A DNA stretch of 64,000 bases, from NCBI GenBank assembly GCA_964016885.1, contig OZ024765.1:248001-312000 (forward strand), read 5' to 3'. The DNA comes from Eledone cirrhosa (lineage: Eukaryota). Position 1 is the stretch's first letter, and each line of letters starts with the position of its first letter. The notes under the pieces are model-generated. The model was not told where the DNA came from, searched no databases, and saw only the letters and a program-made list of their open reading frames with translations. Made by a program: the position numbers and the translations under genes. Positions 46,016 to 64,000 of the stretch are shown one piece after another.

Positions 46016-46463
46016 TATATATACAAATAACATTTTGTATACACGTACAAACTAACTGCATTTATTTTACATATATAACTATATATATATTTGCCCTTAA
46101 GATAATTTGTACTATATATATAATGTGTACACATATATAATGTGTACTATATATCTCTCTCTCTCTATATATAAGATTTTAAAGTTTATATGTAAATAAA
46201 TTCTACGTAGCTAGCGCTCTGACATGAATACTGCGATTGTCATTCAGACAACAGGATCATATCTACGTTTATAGTATATACACATATTATACACGCCTAT
46301 ATATTGAACTATGCTGTGTTCGTGGTAATGTCAGTATATGTGTATGTAAGTGTGTAATTTGAGTTATTGGCGGTGCGATGTTCGCAGCACTAGGTGCTGT
46401 GACGAGTTCCGTCTCCTGTGGTGTTGTATTCCAGGGTTAAATAGACTGTATTATGCAAATTGT

Positions 46464-46752
<289 letters not shown>

Positions 46753-46774
46753 TATATACATATATATTTATAAT

Positions 46775-47042
46775 ATAATTTAGAGTTTACACTCAATGGG
46801 GTAATTTACAATTATTTTAGCTCTAAGGATCACTTCTGAGCAGTATAAATTAGTATATGATAAACACTTACGTGTTTTTGTTGTAATTGACAATAAAATA
46901 GCTAGAATGAAATATCTTAATTCAAATACATATAGTCAGCCTGTGTCGATCTAAAAAATAATAAATCAATACTCACAAACACAATCGGCAAAAGGCCTCT
47001 TATTGTCAATTACAACAAAAACACGTAAGTGTTTATCATATA
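46775..47042. mobile_element. Short element with 43-bp inverted repeats (46854-46896/47000-47042)
   Basis: Perfect inverted repeat around a ~100-bp spacer, tail with acactcaat, (TA)n flanks. Confidence 0.7.
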
Positions 47043-47122
47043 TTAATATATATTTATATATATATGTATATATATATGATCTATAAGTATATATATATAT
47101 ATATATATATATCTATATATAT

Positions 47123-47492
<370 letters not shown>

Positions 47493-47749
47493 TATATTTG
47501 TCTTCTGAGGTGGAGGTGTATCTCAATGTGAGCTGGTCAGAAAGAGAATACGGTCTTTGAAGTGTATATATGTGTGTATGTGTCTGTGTGTGTATCTGTG
47601 AATGCCTCTCGGTGTGTGTGTGTGTGTGTGTGTTGAAGTCATGCCAGTCTTCTAGGCTGTAACGTTTGTACATTAGCTTATTAAATTCAAGTAAACGACT
47701 GATTTCACTTTTGAAATTCTATACTATCAGTCTCTCTCTCAGTCAATCA

Positions 47750-47796
<47 letters not shown>

Positions 47797-47877
47797 AGTC
47801 AATCAGTGTCTCTCTCTCACTCTCTCTCTCTCTGTATGCATATACAATCATATATATATACATATGTATATATAGTC

Positions 47878-47908
<31 letters not shown>

Positions 47909-47937
47909 TACTTTCGGAGGGTTATGCACATATATTT

Positions 47938-48050
<113 letters not shown>

Positions 48051-48079
48051 GTCGATATGTACCTCCCTCTCAAATTTAT

Positions 48080-49070
48080 TACTCTCTCTCACTCATCTCT
48101 CGTTTGAAGAAATAACGAAAGGTCACCCTCCTCCTCAAGATTTCTTTCTCCCCCTCTCTCTCTCCACACACATGCCTCCACATAAACACACAGACACACA
48201 CACAACCCCCACGCAACAAACTCTTTCTCTCTCTGTCTCTATCTCTATCTCATTCTCAGGAAACAACGATAGATCTCCCTTTCTCTAACTATCTCTCTCT
48301 CTCTTTCACACATTCTTCTCTCTCACACATTCACACACACACCAAACTCTCTTTCTCATCTCTCTAGTCTCTCGTTTGAAGAAACTGCGAATGCTCTCCT
48401 TTTTTCCAGCTTTCCTTCTCTCTTACACACACGCACACACACATATATTCACACTCAAGCCACACACAACCTCCTCTCTAACCCTCCCCATCCACAAACC
48501 AAGCTTTCACTTTCTCTCGTTCTCTCATCTCGTTCTCATGTTTCTCGTCTCTCGTCTCTCGTTTGATGAAACAACGAAAGATCTCTTTTTCTCTAGCTTT
48601 CTCTCTCTCTTACACGTACCCAGCACGCACATATACCATATACACAGCTCACACACACAGCCCACACACGACCCACACACGACCCACACACCAACATTCT
48701 CTTTCTCTCTCGTTTCTCGTTTGATGAAACAAAGAAAGATCTCCCTTTCTCTCTCTCTTACACACACACATTGACACACAACCCCTCCCCGACTCCCATC
48801 CATCCTCACACCAAACTCTCTTTCTCTCTACTTCTCCTCTCTCACATCTCGTTTTCATCTTTCTCGTCTCTCGTTTGATGAAACAACGAAAGGCCTCTTT
48901 TCTTTAGCTTTCTCTCTCTCTTACACACACACACATTCACACACACCCCGCACACATCCCTCTCCAACAACCCCTCCATCCACACACCAAACTCTTTCGT
49001 TCTCGTTCTCCTGTCTCACATCTCGTTCTCATCTCTCTCGCCTCTTGTTTGAAGAAACAACGAGAAAAGC
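48080..49070 (+). repeat. Degenerate CT/CA-rich tandem repeat (~7 units of 115-190 bp) with conserved core tctcgtttga(t/a)gaaacaacgaaag
   Basis: Cores near 48101, 48260, 48373, 48560, 48718, 48872 and 49047. Confidence 0.8.
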
Positions 49071-49715
49071 GAACAACTTTTTCTGATATTCCTCTTATAT
49101 TACGTGTCTTCACAATTCTCGGCCAGTTCAAACCAACGTCTGATGTGAAATGCTAAATACATATATTCCGAGATCTTAAATATACAGCTGTGAAACATAG
49201 TCTATTGTTTTCTCCTGACATGATCTGCTGCCTTTTATAGACATTCTAATATATAGTTACGTGAACGTTCAGAAATGGAGACTTACTTTATCTCGTTCTA
49301 TATCTCGCTCTCTTCTCATTTTCTCTCAGAGATCTCACCCCCTCTCTCTCTCTGTCTGTCTCTGTCTGTATCTGTCTCTCTCTCTCTCTCTATTATCTCT
49401 CTCTCTTACTCTCTTCGGAATGATAATATAAATATATACGTATTCCCCAGCATGGCCTCAGCACGATATACCATTATTAATAATTATTAATTAATTCCAT
49501 CGTGCAATGCCTGTGCGTGAAGATATTTTCTAAAGTGAGGAAAGACTGTGCACTGAGCCAATCCCACTCTCTGTGCGACAGTAGCTATAACCCGAAAAGA
49601 AGAAAAGATCAACATCATCAGTAACTACTGAGCCGTATATACAAATATACATACATATACACACACAGAAACAGACGTACACACATACACATGCATATAC
49701 ACAGATAAAGACCGA

Positions 49716-49816
<101 letters not shown>

Positions 49817-49821
49817 GTAAT

Positions 49822-50122
49822 ATGAACGAATACCACAAAACACTATCTGAATTTCTAACGACCCTGTCAATTCGCCGCCGCCATACAACTGGTACTTGTT
49901 CATATACCTTGTATGAATGAATGGTAAAGTTGACCTAGACAGGATTTGAACTCAGAGAGCAGAGATCCCGAACGAATACTACAAAACATTCTATTCGAAT
50001 TTATAACGACCCTGCTAATTCGCCATTATACCAGTTAAGTACTGAGGGCTTAATTATACTGTAATTTTCTTTCCCCTAAATTTACTGATAGAAATTCTGT
50101 TAGGCTTATTTCAAACGTAGAA
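49822..50122. mobile_element. Rearranged SINE fragments
   Basis: aggatttgaactcag; duplicated gaacgaatac..taacgaccctg..aattcgcc. Confidence 0.6.
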
Positions 50123-52023
50123 CCATCGAACCGTAATTTAGTTCACACACAGTCTCGTCTCAGTCATGTCACATTGAATATATTAAATATATTAAAATTT
50201 CAAAATATGAATAATTGAATGTAAAAACAACAATCAGAACCAAACACACAAAAAAATAATGAAAAAATAAGTCGAAAAATGACTAAAAACCGCCATTTTT
50301 CTTAATCTAATTAAATTTCTGGCACAACAAATTCATGGCCGATGGAAATTAAACATGGCTGCCGTACTCAACGTATTTTGTTGTTGTTGCTGTTGTTGCT
50401 ATTGTTTTTTGTGGTGTTTGGTTGCTGTTGTAGTTTTTGGTGTTGTTGTTGCTGTAGTTTTTTCTGCTATTGTTTTTGTTTGTGGTGGTTGCTGTTGTTG
50501 TTTTTGGTGTTGTTGTTGTTATAGTTTTTGTTTTGCTGTTGTTTTTGTTTGTGGTGGTTGCTGTTGTTGGTTTTTGGTGTTGGTGTTGCTGTTGTTGCTG
50601 TTATTGCTGTTGTTTTTTGGTGGTGGTGGATGCTGTCGGTATGTTATTTTTGTATTTGTTGCTGTTGTTTTTTTTTTGGCGCTGTTTTTGTTTTTGGTGT
50701 TGTTGTTGTCGTTGATGGTGGTTTTGGTATTTGTGGCGGCGGCCGCGGCGGTATTATCGCTGTAATGGCGTTGTTGTTAATACTACGGTTGTTGTTTGTG
50801 GTGGTGTTGTGGCTGTTATTGCCGTTGATTTTGGTGGTGGTGGTGGTGGCGGTGGTAGTGGTGGTGGTGGTGGCGGTTATATACACACACATAGGCACAT
50901 ACACACATGCACACAGATACACATACACACAGATACACATACACATACATACACAGAGACACATACAGACATACACACACCGATGCATACATACACATTC
51001 AAAGATGTAGACACACACACAGGCATACATAGAGAGAGACATACACACATTCACAGATGCAAACACACACACAAACACAAACACACACACATATATAGTA
51101 AACAGTTATAAAATCAAAATGGTGGTATAGTAACAATCTCGTTGATTAATGAGACGCCGTTATAATCTATCGCAGAACACCAAATACAAGGAATGGCAGA
51201 TGTCTTAACTTATAATTTTGATAAGCAAGCTTCTCTCCACATTTCTCTCTTTTTTCCGCCTTTTTCCGCTTGTCTTCGTCTTTCTCCGCTTGTCTTCGTG
51301 TTTCTCCGTTTGTCACCGCCTCTCTCCACTTGTCTACGTCTTTCTCCGCTTTTCGTCGTCTTTCTTCGCTTTTGTTCGTGTCTTCGTATTTTTCCGATTG
51401 TCTTCACATCTTTTCGCCTCTCTGTCCATCTATCTCCGTTTCTCTCCGCTTTTTCTCGCTTCTCTCCACCTGTCTTCGTCTTTTTCCACTTGTCTTCGTC
51501 TTTCCCCGCTTGTCTTCACCTCTCTTCACCTCTCTCCACTCCTCACTTCGCTTCTCTCTTTTTCTCCGCCTCTCTCTCCGGTCCTCTCTTCGTTACTCTC
51601 CGCTCCTCCCTTCGCTTCTCTTCGCTTCTGTCCGCTGTATTCAACTCAATAACTACTACAGGAATCCTAACATCACTGTTAATAGCAACTGAAGTGAGAT
51701 ATCACAATCACGATTACCAGGATTCCGTTATGTTGCATTAACACCAATATTCGGAATTGAACGAAGGAAAATAAAGAGAAAATCAATATGATTTATAGCA
51801 TTCGTATTGGAAATCTCCTTAGGGATATCAACCATTTAAATGCATGGCAGGAGGTTTACATAATTTGAGGAGTAATATCAAACCTTTCTTTGTAAACTGT
51901 ATGCCCCTGGTAAACAGTATCTGCGAAATGTATTGTAAATTGTATAATAGTAATGGTAGACATTTTAAAAACATGGAGGAAGGGAATATTATGATAAGGA
52001 TGAGAGACGTAATGAGATGATGG

Positions 52024-52318
52024 AGAAGAAGAAGAAGAAGAAGAGAAGAAGAAGAAGAAGAAGAAGAAGAAGAAGAAGAAGAAGAAGAAGAAGAAGGAGA
52101 AGAAGAAGAAGAAGAAGGAGAAGAAGAATAAGAAGGAGAAGAAGAAGGAGAAGGAGAAGAAGGAGAAGAAGAAGAAGAAGAAGAAGGAGAAGAAGAAGGA
52201 GAAGGAGAAGGAGAAGAAGAGGAAGAAGAAGAAGGAGGAGAAGGAGAAGGAGAAGAAGAAGAAGAAGAAGAAGAAGAAGAAGAAGAAGAAGAAGAAGAAG
52301 AAGAAGAAGAAGAAGAAC
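52024..52318. repeat. (GAA)n/(GGA) microsatellite
   Basis: Direct reading. Confidence 0.92.
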
Positions 52319-52559
52319 AATAACAACAACAACAACAGCAACACCAACAACAACAAAGTCCGCATTTTGTTTTAAATTATCGATAGAATACCTGAATAAT
52401 GGTTATCATCATCATCATCATCGTTACGATTGTCATCAACATCATCATCATCATCATCATTACACTACAATCATCATAATCAGCATCATCCTCACGTTTA
52501 TCATCATCATCGTCAGCATCATCATCATTATCAAATCACACTGGTATTCATAATCTTCA

Positions 52560-52822
52560 GTTAGGTTAACTTTACCTTTCATTCTTACGGGGTCAGTAAA
52601 ATAAAGTACCAGTAATACACTGGAGAAATTGCTGGCATTGTGCCTTCAAAATAGATACAGTTATTACGGGCTCAGTAAAATAAATTACCAGTAATACACT
52701 GGAGAAATTGCTGGCATTGTGTCTTAAAATTAGAAACAATTATTACGGGGTCAGTAAAATAAAGTACCAGTGATACACTGTTATAATTGCTGGCTTTGTA
52801 CCTGAACTAGAAACAATTATTA
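52560..52822 (+). mobile_element. SINE 3' end tandemly triplicated (~78-bp unit)
   Basis: ttacgggg tcagtaaaataaagtaccagtaatacactgg..aattgctggc occurs three times. Confidence 0.75.
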
Positions 52823-53094
52823 CTACTTTAGAAGTGCTGAGCATACTAGTACTTAAGCAAATTCCTTTGAAAAAAAAAGAGACCAATAGTGAATGGAAGC
52901 AAATATGGAAGATAAGTCGCAGAAGAAAGAGAGTCAAGATCCATGTAACGAAATGACGAAGTAAATAAAAGAAGAGGATATTCTCGCCATTAGCTTCTTA
53001 GATTTAGCCAGATTCTTATCGAGTTTCTTCTCATTTGAAAGTCATAAATCTTCTAAAGGGTTGGGATACACACATACACACATATATATGTATA

Positions 53095-53173
<79 letters not shown>

Positions 53174-53180
53174 TTATATG

Positions 53181-53211
<31 letters not shown>

Positions 53212-53239
53212 ATATATGTATATATCTATATATATATAA

Positions 53240-53272
<33 letters not shown>

Positions 53273-53294
53273 AATATATCTATATATATATATA

Positions 53295-53390
<96 letters not shown>

Positions 53391-53398
53391 AATATATG

Positions 53399-53430
<32 letters not shown>

Positions 53431-53522
53431 AATTGAGTTCAGATGCATCACTGATTTTTCCTGTTCTACTATATATATTATTCAAAGAGAAGATACACAT
53501 ACATACACACACACACAGACAT

Positions 53523-53586
<64 letters not shown>

Positions 53587-53738
53587 TGTACAACGCCATT
53601 AGCGCTATGGGTTCTATAATATAACTATCTCAGCATTAAGATTCAGTTGAAAAGAAGTGCATTCTATCTTGTACTCGATAACCCCTCTACCACACTTGCA
53701 TTGGTATCTAGTTATTTACTTGCTTCTTTCTTTATTTG

Positions 53739-53799
<61 letters not shown>

Positions 53800-53890
53800 C
53801 TCTCTATATATATATATATATTATATATATATGTATATATATATATAGATAAATACATATATATAAATGTATGTATATATATATATATTC

Positions 53891-53992
<102 letters not shown>

Positions 53993-54177
53993 GGTTTATC
54001 GCTCTACATGGCTGAATACAACAAATGTAATCTGAGGTTTCCGATATATATATATTTATATCAACATCTGGCGGCCACAGCCCAAATCGGCTCAACAATT
54101 GATCACCACGTGGGTCTGTCGTTCATTGCCATTGCCAAATGCGGGATTTCAACTCCAGAATCTCTGAAGATGACATC

Positions 54178-54450
54178 GGGGTAGGAGAGTTTATGCCCCC
54201 TGTTATTAGTGACTGCTTTTGGTTTCTAAAGCACTAATGGTGACACAGACTCAGTGGGGTGGCACGATGGCAGTGGCCAGTAAATCGGGATAGGAGAGCT
54301 TGTGTCCCCTGTTATTAGTGACACTAATGGGGACACAGCCTCATAGGTGGCACTATGGCAGTGGCCAGCAAATCAGGATAGGAGAGCTTATGCACCCTCT
54401 TATTAGTGACTGTGGTTTCCAAAGCCCTAATGGCGACACAGCCTCATACC
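54178..54450. repeat. Degenerate tandem repeat, 3 units of ~95-110 bp
   Basis: taggagagc/ttt..cccctgttattagtgac..ctaatgg..gacacag repeated. Confidence 0.75.
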
Positions 54451-54731
54451 TAGGGTTCGAACTCTGTTACTCCACAAACGTGTACAGTATAAATATTTTT
54501 TGTAAACTACTTGTTAACTGCCTAATGCCATAAAGTGGTGCGTGGGTGAGTGTGTGTAAGTGTGCGTGTTAGTGTGTATGTATGCATATTTGGTTGGGTC
54601 CCTTTGTGTGGTTATATATATATATATATATATACTATATATATGTGGATATGTGTGTATGTCTGTGTGAGAACATGTATATGTGTGCTTATGTGGCTGT
54701 CTAACTGCCTGTGGTTATATATATTTATATG

Positions 54732-54802
<71 letters not shown>

Positions 54803-55089
54803 GTGTATATACGTGTGTGCACATATTTGGTTGTGTATCTGTTTGTGGTTATATATATATATGGGTATGTGTGTGCATGTATGTGTGTGTGTGCGCGCGG
54901 GTATGTGTGTGTGTGTTTGTTTGTGTGTGTGTGTCTGGCATTCCAGCCAATTAAACAACACTAATTGGTGTAGTGTTCATCTCTTTAAATATGCCTATAG
55001 GATAATATTATGAGCCCACCAATTATGATACACGAGATATTTACATGTGTGTGTGTGTTTGTGTCTGTGTACACATATGTGAGTGTGTG

Positions 55090-55160
<71 letters not shown>

Positions 55161-55360
55161 CGTTGTAAATCCGTACGTTTTGTCATCAGTAAATTAGCCA
55201 AACTCTCCCCTCATCTCGCTCGCCATCTTTAAATTATATAAACCGATTATATTTGATTGTAGACTCACAGTTTTATATAGTTAAAATTTCAGTTTATACA
55301 CACATCATACAAACAGGTATAGCTACACGGATTCATACGTACAAAAGTACAGTCACACAC

Positions 55361-55400
<40 letters not shown>

Positions 55401-55446
55401 CGAAAGAAGTGTGGTAAGGAATCAGATTTGCATATATATATACATA

Positions 55447-55502
<56 letters not shown>

Positions 55503-55905
55503 ATTTAGCTTTGACACACCTGTATACATACATGTAGATAGTTGGAAGCGGGAAGCCTTTTCGTGACGAGAACCATTTAAGTTTGAAATGCAATTATCCC
55601 TCTTACTTTTCTTGAACTCCGCTAGACGACGCTGGTCGTCAACTTTCTATTCATAGTTGAATCTTTTAGAATGTTTATTTATTCAATATACCGTATAGCT
55701 TTAGATGTACGAAACACATATATATATATAAATATATATATATACACACATAACTACGCACACAAATATTCACATAGATAGACATACATATATATATAAA
55801 TACATACATCCATACATATAACGTCACATACACACATACACATAACCATATAATCATACACACATCCACACATACACGTATATACACACATCTATATAGA
55901 CACAC

Positions 55906-55985
<80 letters not shown>

Positions 55986-56111
55986 TTGTACAAACATCCA
56001 TACATATACACACATATCCATATATATACAGACACACCCATATAAACACATCCATATACATGTATATATATATATACATCATATATATATACACCCATAT
56101 ACATATATACA

Positions 56112-56195
<84 letters not shown>

Positions 56196-56204
56196 TATAC
56201 ATCC

Positions 56205-56235
<31 letters not shown>

Positions 56236-56419
56236 TTAGAGGAAACATCACGGGCGCTCTATCTCAAAATTATTTTTGAAAAGCATTAGAAGTGCGCAAC
56301 CGGTAAAACTTAAATCCAAAACTGAATACTAACCAATACTATTACTAATTTTTACTTATTCCTAATTAAACTATTTTTCACTGGCAACAATTTGTCAGCA
56401 TTTTCTTTTCCTTTTACCA

Positions 56420-56511
<92 letters not shown>

Positions 56512-56829
56512 CCATGCCTACTCAATATCTGTTTGGTTTCCTTCAGGTCAATCTTAAATATTTATTATATTCATCAATTCACGTAACTACTGAGGAATAA
56601 ATTCCAATGACATCCTCTAAGGAAAAGCCTGATGGATTATATAAATAATTTCGTTATTTAATTACATTATGCTAATTATTTTCCTCGTGTAAATGGGCAG
56701 AACTTCTGTAATATTTCTATCTGCTCAAGGATATTTAATTACAAACGTGTGTTATATCGTAAGCTAATGTGTCAAATGTCGTATTTACACTCTTTCATTT
56801 TCGCTTTTCACGTTTGTTCTAGTACAATC

Positions 56830-57560
56830 GAGGTTTAATACAAGCTCCACCATAAGCTCTGATGTGTTTTAATACCATTGGGATTTGATACAACCTCCAC
56901 TATGGTTTCCCAGTCGTGTTTTCAGATCTCTACAAGCTCTGAAATGTTCTGATTCCACTGAGCTTTCATACAGCCTCAATGCGTGTTTCCCGGTCGAGTT
57001 TTCAGAACTCCTTAAGCTCTGATAAATTCTAATACCACTGAGCTTTAATACAACGTCCACTATTATTTCCCAGTCACGTTTTCAGATCTCCCCAAGCTCT
57101 GAGGTGTTCTAAGTCCACTGAAGCTTGTTATAACTGTGATATGTTCTAAGTAGCCTGGGATTTGATACAATCTTTACCATTTGTTCCCAGTAGATGTTTA
57201 AGATCCCCACAAGCTCTGATATGTTCTAAGGCCACTGAGCTTTGGTACAGCCTCCACCAGTGTTTCCCAGTCGCGTTTTCATATCTCCAGAAGTTCTGAG
57301 CTGTACTAAGTCCACTAAAACTTGTTAAAAACTCTACCAAAACCTCTGACATGTTTTCATAAGTCTGCGCTTTGCTACACCATTCACCATTTATTTCCCA
57401 GTCGATGTTTAAGATCTCCACAAGTTCTGATATGTTCTAAGGCCACCGAGCTTTCATAGAGACTCAACCAGTATTTCCCATTCGAGTTTTTAGGACTCCT
57501 GCTTAAGCTCTATTATATTCTAATACCACTGAGGTTAGCTAAAACCTTCACCATTGTTTT
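56830..57560. repeat. Degenerate ~60-bp satellite
   Basis: Recurrent aagctctga...ttctaa..ccactgagc...tttcccagtc..gttttcagatctc. Confidence 0.8.
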
Positions 57561-57641
57561 AGACGCAACAAGGATATTTTGCTTAAAATCCAGCACCACA
57601 CGTTCAATGGTATGACAGCGTTAGAGTAAATGATTTTAATG

Positions 57642-57717
<76 letters not shown>

Positions 57718-57845
57718 TTTTGAGTTTATGTTGGTTGTATACCAGATATGACTCCAGTTCCTCAGTGAATTAACAACCCAAAAGAGTATTGACAATATTA
57801 TACACCTAAACAAGATATGTACTTGTCTATACCACACTAATTCAA

Positions 57846-57900
57846 ACTGCCTGAAGAGGTCACAGCCAAAGATGGCTGTCACTGAAATATATATAGCAGT
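57846..57900 (+). ncRNA. Type I hammerhead ribozyme in a ~235-bp solo pLTR (57716-57950)
   Basis: actgc-CTGAAGA-ggtcacagcca-aaga-tggctgtcact-GAAA-tatata-TA-gcagt; all three stems present; (TA)n flanks. Confidence 0.88.
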
Positions 57901-58368
57901 AATAAACGAAGCTAAATTTTAATCATTTGACTTTTATTTAACTTTATTTTATATATATATATATATATGTGTGTGTGTATGTATGTATATATATATATAT
58001 AATATAATATATATAAATAAATATACACGCGTGTGTATGATTGTGTATAGAAGATTATATTAATAAAACGAATTCCAACTTTGTCTGATTTACTTGTTTT
58101 ATTTACAATCCTTTACGATTATAATGATATTATAATGAAATAGTATGGTAGAATATTAAATGTTAAGTGTTAATTGAACAAGTACTTTCATGCTTTCGCA
58201 ATCTTCAGATTCATATACAGTGGTGACAGTCAAGTTTGCAATTTTCAACTATATGTATATGCATGTATGTGCATATATATACATTTATATATATATATAT
58301 ATATATATTTCGTTTCTGAATTTGTTTAGCAAGATTATTGGCAACATGACCCTCCCAAACTATAACAA

Positions 58369-58403
<35 letters not shown>

Positions 58404-58428
58404 TTATATATATATGTATATATGTATA

Positions 58429-58499
<71 letters not shown>

Positions 58500-58500
58500 T

Positions 58501-58582
<82 letters not shown>

Positions 58583-58714
58583 ATATATATAAACATATAT
58601 ATATGTATGTGTGTGTGTCTATGTAGACGAATAAATAGATTCTAGGAGGAGAAAATGTGAAGGAAAATCAATATTGGCCAAGTACTGAATAAACTGTATT
58701 AGATTCCAGACTGT

Positions 58715-58778
<64 letters not shown>

Positions 58779-58779
58779 G

Positions 58780-58838
<59 letters not shown>

Positions 58839-58872
58839 CACCCATACATCCACACACACACACACACAATAC

Positions 58873-58916
<44 letters not shown>

Positions 58917-59250
58917 TCTAAAGGCTATATTCCACGAACTTCATCTTATGTATGGCTTTAGAGTCTAAAAGGAATAGGTTACAAAATGGATTGCTTTAAT
59001 GTACTTTTTACAATTTTCTTTCATTTCACTTTTTTAACTTTCATAGTTTTTGTTTCGTTCCGTTTCGCTTTCTTCTTCTTTCCTGTATTACTTTTATAAT
59101 CTCTGTCTACTTCAACCATCTTGTTTCAGTAATATGTTTTTAGCAGAGATTTTGAAATACGTATTATATGTCTTTATATGTATATTTATATATATAAATT
59201 TATATATATATATATGTACGTGTGTGTGTGTGCGCGTATGTGTATGTGTG

Positions 59251-59320
<70 letters not shown>

Positions 59321-59388
59321 CATATTATATATATGTGTATGTGTGCATACATACACGCACGCACGCACACACACACATACACACACAT

Positions 59389-59506
<118 letters not shown>

Positions 59507-59680
59507 TATATAAGAACAAAAGATGGTTAAAAGAGTTCCATGTATTTTATTATGCGCATTTCAAAAACAAATATCATCATGCAATAATATTTGTGTTTTC
59601 ATCAGATAAAATAGGAAGAGATGATATTAAGGTTAAAAAACACTTGTGGATAGTGCAGTTTTAAATCAACATATCATTAT

Positions 59681-59755
<75 letters not shown>

Positions 59756-59758
<3 letters not shown>

Positions 59759-59906
59759 ATAATAATAAATTTGCAGACTAAAATCCAAAGAAGGCTCGAT
59801 AAGGATAAATATATATCAAATATAAAAAAACCGTAGAGCAAATATTTATTATCCTGTTAAGGGTGAAAGCAGCGATTCTGTGCTTAAACTTTAATCTGTT
59901 ATTTTA

Positions 59907-59911
<5 letters not shown>
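59756..59911. mobile_element. Family D element with inverted segments and half hammerhead
   Basis: Reverse-oriented tail joined to GAAA-gca..tgc-TT (also present at 12135-12182). Confidence 0.7.
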
Positions 59912-59960
<49 letters not shown>

Positions 59961-59962
<2 letters not shown>

Positions 59963-60153
59963 CGAAGGAAATGTGGTAAGGAACCAGGTGGACCATAACG
60001 CACCAAAGTACTCAATACTTAGGGTAGTAGAGTGGGTAATAGGAACAAGTAAGACCCCGACGGCTGAGCTCAAGCCGTTTCGACGGCTAATTCTGGACTG
60101 GAATTAGCCGTCGAGACGGCTTGAGTTCAGCCGTCGGGGTCTTACTTGTTCCT
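59961..60153. mobile_element. Family A fold-back element
   Basis: Hairpin plus tail, (TA)n flanks. Confidence 0.92.
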
Positions 60154-60164
60154 ATATATATATA

Positions 60165-60220
<56 letters not shown>

Positions 60221-60760
60221 TCCGTATGTGGTTGACGGCTGAGAGTAACACATACTCAATACAGGAGAGGAGTTTAAATCTCTGATAAAACATATTACCA
60301 GTAATACACTGGTCCCGATTCACTCTACATTCACATCGCCTTAATTTACTGGCCTTCTGTCCAAAGAAGAAACAATTATCATGGCGTCCATTAGTTTCAA
60401 ATTGTCATCAATGACTGAAAGTCTGAATTACCTTGTTTGTTTTTGTGTAAATTATTTGTATAAATAATTTTTTTTTTACATGTCTGTGTGTGTATGGGTG
60501 AATATACATGTGGGGGTAATATCAATGTATGTGTGTGTGAGTGTGGGGGTAATATCAATGTGGGTGTGTGCGTGTGTGTGTGTGTGTATGAGTATTTGTC
60601 AGGTCAGTTATGTGTGTAATTAATTTATATGAGTGTATGTGTGTGCGTGTTCTGTGTTGTGTCTTTGTGTAAAGTATGTACACGATATATTTTCATTATT
60701 ATTACTACTATTATAATTATTATAAATATTCTTCTTCTTCTTCTTCTTCTTCTTCTTCTT

Positions 60761-62893
<2,133 letters not shown>

Positions 62894-63026
62894 TAGTATT
62901 ACTATTATTATTGTTGTTATCGTTTAAGGTTTCGTTTATTTACTTCGTATAATATGGAAGATTTGAATTACAGTGTAAAATAGAAATTACCAGAAATAAT
63001 ATGTTATTCTTTCAATGCAAACATGC

Positions 63027-63097
<71 letters not shown>

Positions 63098-63203
63098 TAT
63101 ATGTATATATAAATGTATGTGTGTGTGTGTGCGTGTGTGTGGACATATGCAACGTGACAGGGCAGTTTGATGTGGTACGAGTAGTTGGTTAGAAATAGAA
63201 TAC

Positions 63204-63320
<117 letters not shown>

Positions 63321-63330
63321 CATATATATT

Positions 63331-63392
<62 letters not shown>

Positions 63393-63404
63393 TATATACA
63401 TATG

Positions 63405-63475
<71 letters not shown>

Positions 63476-63578
63476 ATATAATAGATAACATGCCATTTCG
63501 GTATCTGTGTGAGTCCAATTACAATACGTAGGTAAATAGATGATGTAAACCAATCTTCTTTTCCAAACATTCTTTTGA

Positions 63579-63723
<145 letters not shown>

Positions 63724-63729
63724 AATATA

Positions 63730-63848
<119 letters not shown>

Positions 63849-64000
63849 TTATATATATATATATTTATAAATGCCAGTGTTGGTGATTATATATATATAT
63901 GGAGAATCGTTCATTATACATACGTGTTAGTTTTCTAAATAATTCACACATGTAAGATATAAGCCCCCGTATATAGGAGGCAACTTAAATAGCTCATATA

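Noticed and set aside
51193-51741. S/L/F-rich ORFs
   Set aside because: Low-complexity CT-rich degenerate repeat.
56830-57560. CRISPR-like array (also 19025-19270 and 54178-54450)
   Set aside because: Repeats are degenerate, spacers are related to one another, there are no cas genes and the context is eukaryotic.

Overview
AT-rich eukaryotic intergenic or intronic DNA dominated by (TA)n, (CA)n, (TATG)n and triplet microsatellites. The SINE family and repeat landscape resemble an octopod cephalopod (inference). Nearly all ORF-track entries are microsatellite translations, and no host gene can be called with confidence. Recognisable elements are: (1) a young, 5'-truncated Penelope-like element of the Naiad type (RT + GIY-YIG, minus strand, 2089-~4206) with a >=1.25 kb inverted copy of its 3' region that ends in a hammerhead ribozyme with a ~115-nt stem II; (2) a decayed R4/Dong-type RLE LINE inserted in (TAA)n; (3) an RTE 3' fragment, an internally deleted Hsmar2-like mariner and many tRNA-type SINE fragments. 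The most notable signal is a set of short (100-450 bp) elements from several unrelated families, all embedded in (TA)n. They carry whole or half type-I hammerhead ribozymes, often fold back as palindromes centred in ribozyme stem II, and share a TGAGT motif near their 3' ends.
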